A DNA stretch of 28,379 bases, from assembly GCA_964458565.1 (NCBI GenBank), contig CAYWJO010000044.1:1-28379 (forward strand). Direction: 5' to 3'. Both the position numbers and the translations under genes were made by a program. The notes beneath the pieces were generated by a model. The model saw only the letters and a list, made by a program, of their open reading frames with translations, had not been told where the DNA came from and ran no database searches. How positions within the stretch are numbered: position 1 is the first letter of the stretch; each line of letters begins with the position of its first letter. Shown here piece by piece: positions 24,733-28,379 of the stretch. This stretch comes from an uncultured archaeon. Its GTDB lineage: Archaea; Asgardarchaeota; Thorarchaeia; Thorarchaeales; Thorarchaeaceae.

Positions 24733-27542
24733 TGTTCCTATGGTCCAGATTAGCATACAGAAAACCTGAAGTATTAGCGACATTGATTATCTTCTCCTTA
24801 GCCTCAGGAGTTGTAGGAGGAACCTTCTTCTTCATTGATTCAATTGGTCCAGAAGTCTTTCAGGATCTTACCCAGGATGTAGGGGTTCATATGGAGATTG
24901 CATTTACTGACAGTTTCTATAGACAAGACAATTTTACACTTGAAGAAGCAATAGAAATCGCAAACAATCAGACGTCAATAGATTTCACAGAGGCAGTCGT
25001 AAGAGTTGAAACTTATTCGTATCCCGACTATAATAGGCTGATTACTATTGGTGTAAACTCATCCTTCTTCCAGAAGTATGGTTCTGCGATTGAACTCATT
25101 CATGGAGATTACACAGAGCTTACTAACGAAACCTGCTTTATTTCTCAATATCTAGCCTCAATAAGGGAATACGAAATAGGAGACACCTATAATATATCAC
25201 TTGAATATTGGTATGAGGGAGAAACTGAATACGAATGGAGGGAGATTACACAACCGTATACTATCGTGGGGATATTCGATTCTGAGATGTATATGGAATA
25301 CGATTACAGAGATGATTATGAGTATAGTGCGTTATCTGTGATAACCACATGGGAAGGACTTGTTGATAGGTTCGAAGAAGTTGGTTTCAGTCAGTATGAT
25401 GGATTAGATCTGAGGATATGGGCACAATTTGATGCGGATATCCTTCTTGGAGGTGGAGTATCAGATATAGCGACTGAATTGGGTGATACTCAGAGAAGGA
25501 TAGAACAAAAGGGCTTGCCATATCTTGTTGTCTATCGATTTGATCTATACTATTCAATATATGACTACTCTGCTTGGTCAATTGGAATGCTTTCGGTGGC
25601 ATTGACTATATCGATTCCAGCCATCTTGATGGGTTTCATGCTGATTCAATACAATTCAAAACTTCAGGCTGATGAAGACAGGAGGGATGTTGGTACCGTT
25701 AAGACTCGCGGAGCTTCTGGGTTACAGGCATTTAGATGGATACTAGGTAACGCTCTCGTTATTGGAATCCTAGGAAGCCTTGGTGCACTGTTAGCGGGAT
25801 TTTTAACCAGTCTGGTCTCTGGAGGAGTCACGGGACTATTGGAGTATAACCTTCACCTATTACTCAATTTCCAAGTGATTCTTAGACCAAATGCAATATT
25901 GCTTGTGTTCACTTATTCATTTGGAATTGGCATGATAGTTTCGCTACCCCAAGCTATCAATGCATTCCTAATGACTCCTATTGAAGCACATACTAGTCTT
26001 GAAAGGGATATTCTGCTTGAGAAAGAGCAATTGGGAGGATACTATAAGGAGTTGGTAGGACTAGCGATTTCGATTTACTTCCTTCCTTATATCATGCTTA
26101 TCTTTGCATTCTCCTCATATATCAGCTACATATCATTATCAATTTTCACAATTGTTGCACCTCTCTTCGCAATCTTGATATTTTCTGTTACGAGATTATG
26201 TTCAAGACCCACATCTTCGATTAAGACGAAGATACTTACACGAATGAAGAGACCTTCACTTGTTGTTGGTACAAGATTACTTGGTAGAGTAGCAGGCTTG
26301 TACAAAAAGAGTGAAGCGATGGGTGTATTGTTCATTTCACTTGTATTTGCAGCTGGTACTCTATCATCAGTCGCGGCTACAAGTGGGACTGCGCATGTAG
26401 AAGATTTGTTATATTTCGAGAAGGGAGCTGACATAATAGTCCATGCAAATCCTGATTTACATAATGTAACACTTGACATGCTAGATAATATCACCAGAGT
26501 AGAGGGCGTGAGTGGAGTTTCCGCGATGTACACTGTAAGAGGCCGAGCCTCCTATATCTCGGAGAGGAGAACAGTAACATCTTGGGTACAAATAGTAGGT
26601 GTTCAACCAGATCAGTGGTTAGAAACCGCATTTTGGCTCCCCTACTTCACACTCCATGGAACTCCTGAAAATGCAGTCCAATCACTCTCTACTAGTAATT
26701 CAAATGTTCTCTCCAGTTTTCGACCACTTGTTACATATCAACCGGGTTTCTTAGGTCAACTTATTCCAATATTTTCTAATCAAATGATGCTGGGTATAGA
26801 TACATTCAATGATACAATTTGGAATAATTGCACTATTACTGATGTGGTTTCGAACTCTGACATGTCATATGGGCCTACATACATAGCTGGATATTCAAGA
26901 CAGAGTTCAACTGTTGTTGTCAATCTAGAATACATACATAACATTCTCAATACTACAGAGGTAGACTCCTTCTATGTTAAGATTACAGATGGAGCAAACG
27001 TGACCAAGTTAATTGAAGATATTGAAGCAGTTGCTCCGTTCAGTTTCAGTAACGTAGAATCACCTCTTCCCACAATTGATTCAGTCTTCTCATCACGTAT
27101 GGGACAGGCTCTGTTAGGAACATATTCGCTAAATATTCTCTACGCTCTCATCTACCTAAGTATAGGATTCTCCATTGTATCAGCGATAAAAGGACGAAAT
27201 CTACGAAAACAATATTCCATTCTACGAGCTTTGGGTAGTGGACGGCAATCCATCATAGTCCCTGTTCTCGTAGATGCATTAATCACAATCATATTAGCAG
27301 GAATCATCGGAATTATTCTTGGTGTTCTGCTTGCATACTTTCTCTCTGCAATTCCATTGTTCTTTATAGGAAATGTAACTACGCTCTTTTGGGCAGATCT
27401 ACCAGTTAGAATCATTACACCAACGCTGTTATTCATAGGCTTGGTAGGATTTACGATGTTCTTTGGTTTATTGTCCAGCTATGTTGTATCTCGACGAATT
27501 CTGAGTCGTAATATTGCAGAAGAAATCCAATATTCGGAGTGA
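24732..27542 (+). CDS. FtsX/MacB-like ABC permease (duplicated architecture)
   Basis: RRDVGTVKTRGAS and RKQYSILRALG motifs; TAATG stop/start overlap with the previous gene. Confidence 0.9.
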   Translation: MFLWSRLAYRKPEVLATLIIFSLASGVVGGTFFFIDSIGPEVFQDLTQDVGVHMEIAFTDSFYRQDNFTLEEAIEIANNQTSIDFTEAVVRVETYSYPDYNRLITIGVNSSFFQKYGSAIELIHGDYTELTNETCFISQYLASIREYEIGDTYNISLEYWYEGETEYEWREITQPYTIVGIFDSEMYMEYDYRDDYEYSALSVITTWEGLVDRFEEVGFSQYDGLDLRIWAQFDADILLGGGVSDIATELGDTQRRIEQKGLPYLVVYRFDLYYSIYDYSAWSIGMLSVALTISIPAILMGFMLIQYNSKLQADEDRRDVGTVKTRGASGLQAFRWILGNALVIGILGSLGALLAGFLTSLVSGGVTGLLEYNLHLLLNFQVILRPNAILLVFTYSFGIGMIVSLPQAINAFLMTPIEAHTSLERDILLEKEQLGGYYKELVGLAISIYFLPYIMLIFAFSSYISYISLSIFTIVAPLFAILIFSVTRLCSRPTSSIKTKILTRMKRPSLVVGTRLLGRVAGLYKKSEAMGVLFISLVFAAGTLSSVAATSGTAHVEDLLYFEKGADIIVHANPDLHNVTLDMLDNITRVEGVSGVSAMYTVRGRASYISERRTVTSWVQIVGVQPDQWLETAFWLPYFTLHGTPENAVQSLSTSNSNVLSSFRPLVTYQPGFLGQLIPIFSNQMMLGIDTFNDTIWNNCTITDVVSNSDMSYGPTYIAGYSRQSSTVVVNLEYIHNILNTTEVDSFYVKITDGANVTKLIEDIEAVAPFSFSNVESPLPTIDSVFSSRMGQALLGTYSLNILYALIYLSIGFSIVSAIKGRNLRKQYSILRALGSGRQSIIVPVLVDALITIILAGIIGIILGVLLAYFLSAIPLFFIGNVTTLFWADLPVRIITPTLLFIGLVGFTMFFGLLSSYVVSRRILSRNIAEEIQYSE

Positions 27543-27547
27543 TAATC

Positions 27548-28379
27548 ATGAATGAAGATATTGAACTTATATCAAGTCAATACAAAGTTGTTGTAAGAGA
27601 CCTCATGAAGGTTTACAAGCGAGGACTAAAAGAAGTCATAGCACTTCGAGGAATGGACTTCGAAGTTCATGAAGGTGAATTTCTATCCATTATAGGACCA
27701 TCAGGATCAGGTAAATCTACGCTATTGAAAATGCTAGGTGCGTTGGATAAACCAACTGCAGGAAGTATTCTTTTTGATGGTCGAAATCTTGCACTTCTAA
27801 ATGATCAACAATCTATGCATTACAGACGCAGATTGGTTGGATTCGTGTGGCAAACAGGGAATCTTGTTCCAGGACTCTCAGCACTTGAGAATGTAATTCT
27901 ACCAATGAAATTGGCTGGCATAAAGAAAAGAGATGCTATGAGTCGGGCAGTACCATTGCTCGAACTAGTAGGTCTCGGAAACCGGATGCGACATAAACCT
28001 CATCAGATGAGCGGCGGAGAGAATCAAAGAACAGCTATATGCGTTGCACTATCGAATTCCCCACAATTACTCCTTGCGGACGAGGTTACCGGAGAACTTG
28101 ACACCGAAACTGCTGAGCATGTCATGGATGTATTGAAACAAACAAATAGAGAGCTAAATACCACAGTCATTAATGTCACTCACAATCCTCGAGTTGCACA
28201 GTACGCTGATAGAGTTTTACGAATCAGAGATGGTCTCATTGAGGGACAGAAACATGTGTTGTATGGAGATATCAGTGAGATTGATGCAAAAGGTCGATTG
28301 GTCATACCTGAGTCAATACGAAGATTATCAGGCATTGGTAAACGAGTTGCGCTGAAGGTGACTAGTGAGGGAATCTTGG
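27548..28379 (+). CDS. ABC ATP-binding protein (LolD/MacB family) with C-terminal AbrB/MraZ-like domain; 3'-partial, not in ORF track
   Basis: Hand translation from ATG 27548: GPSGSGKS, FVWQTGNL, MSGGENQR, LADEVTG, VTHN, then SEIDAKGRLVIPESIRRLSGIGKRVALKVTSEGIL to the window end. Confidence 0.92.
   Translation, partial: MNEDIELISSQYKVVVRDLMKVYKRGLKEVIALRGMDFEVHEGEFLSIIGPSGSGKSTLLKMLGALDKPTAGSILFDGRNLALLNDQQSMHYRRRLVGFVWQTGNLVPGLSALENVILPMKLAGIKKRDAMSRAVPLLELVGLGNRMRHKPHQMSGGENQRTAICVALSNSPQLLLADEVTGELDTETAEHVMDVLKQTNRELNTTVINVTHNPRVAQYADRVLRIRDGLIEGQKHVLYGDISEIDAKGRLVIPESIRRLSGIGKRVALKVTSEGIL

Noticed and set aside
28173-28355. 60-aa ORF in the track
   Set aside because: Out-of-frame overlap within the ABC ATPase that starts at 27548.
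21244-28379. ABC cluster as exporter of the putative toxins
   Set aside because: It lies 15 kb away, separated by unrelated genes; nothing in the sequence connects them.

Overview
Archaeal chromosomal window, about 39% GC in a hand-counted housekeeping sample, with GGTGA/GGAG ribosome-binding sites. The gene content (Ras-like small GTPase, tungsten AOR, geranylgeranyl reductase, paired very large FtsX-type permeases) suggests an Asgard archaeon, possibly Thorarchaeia; this is an inference. The first 6.2 kb is the striking part: a tandem array of ~2-kb units on the + strand. Each unit has a GC-rich, 5'-truncated fibronectin type III (FN3) segment ending in a DDSFDGT-like motif. This is fused to an AT-rich, highly variable C-terminal region with a YWTG(W/P)WP motif and about 4 hydrophobic helices, followed by small unrelated membrane-protein genes and decayed remnants. 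The layout mirrors orphan toxin-tip/immunity cassette arrays of polymorphic toxin systems, here with an FN3 repeat as the putative recombination handle and apparently membrane-acting tips. The parent gene would lie upstream of the window. The rest is housekeeping-like: MinD/ParA ATPase, GNAT, AOR, a large multi-TM protein, esterase, GDPD, DnaJ-type Zn-finger membrane protein, GGR, acyl-CoA ligase, divergent APRT, acidic-linker small GTPase, Zn-finger protein and a MacB/LolD-type ABC cluster. Three probable genes are missing from the ORF track (7129-7242, 9650-9802, 27548-end). I saw no tRNA, rRNA, CRISPR array, transposase or integrase.
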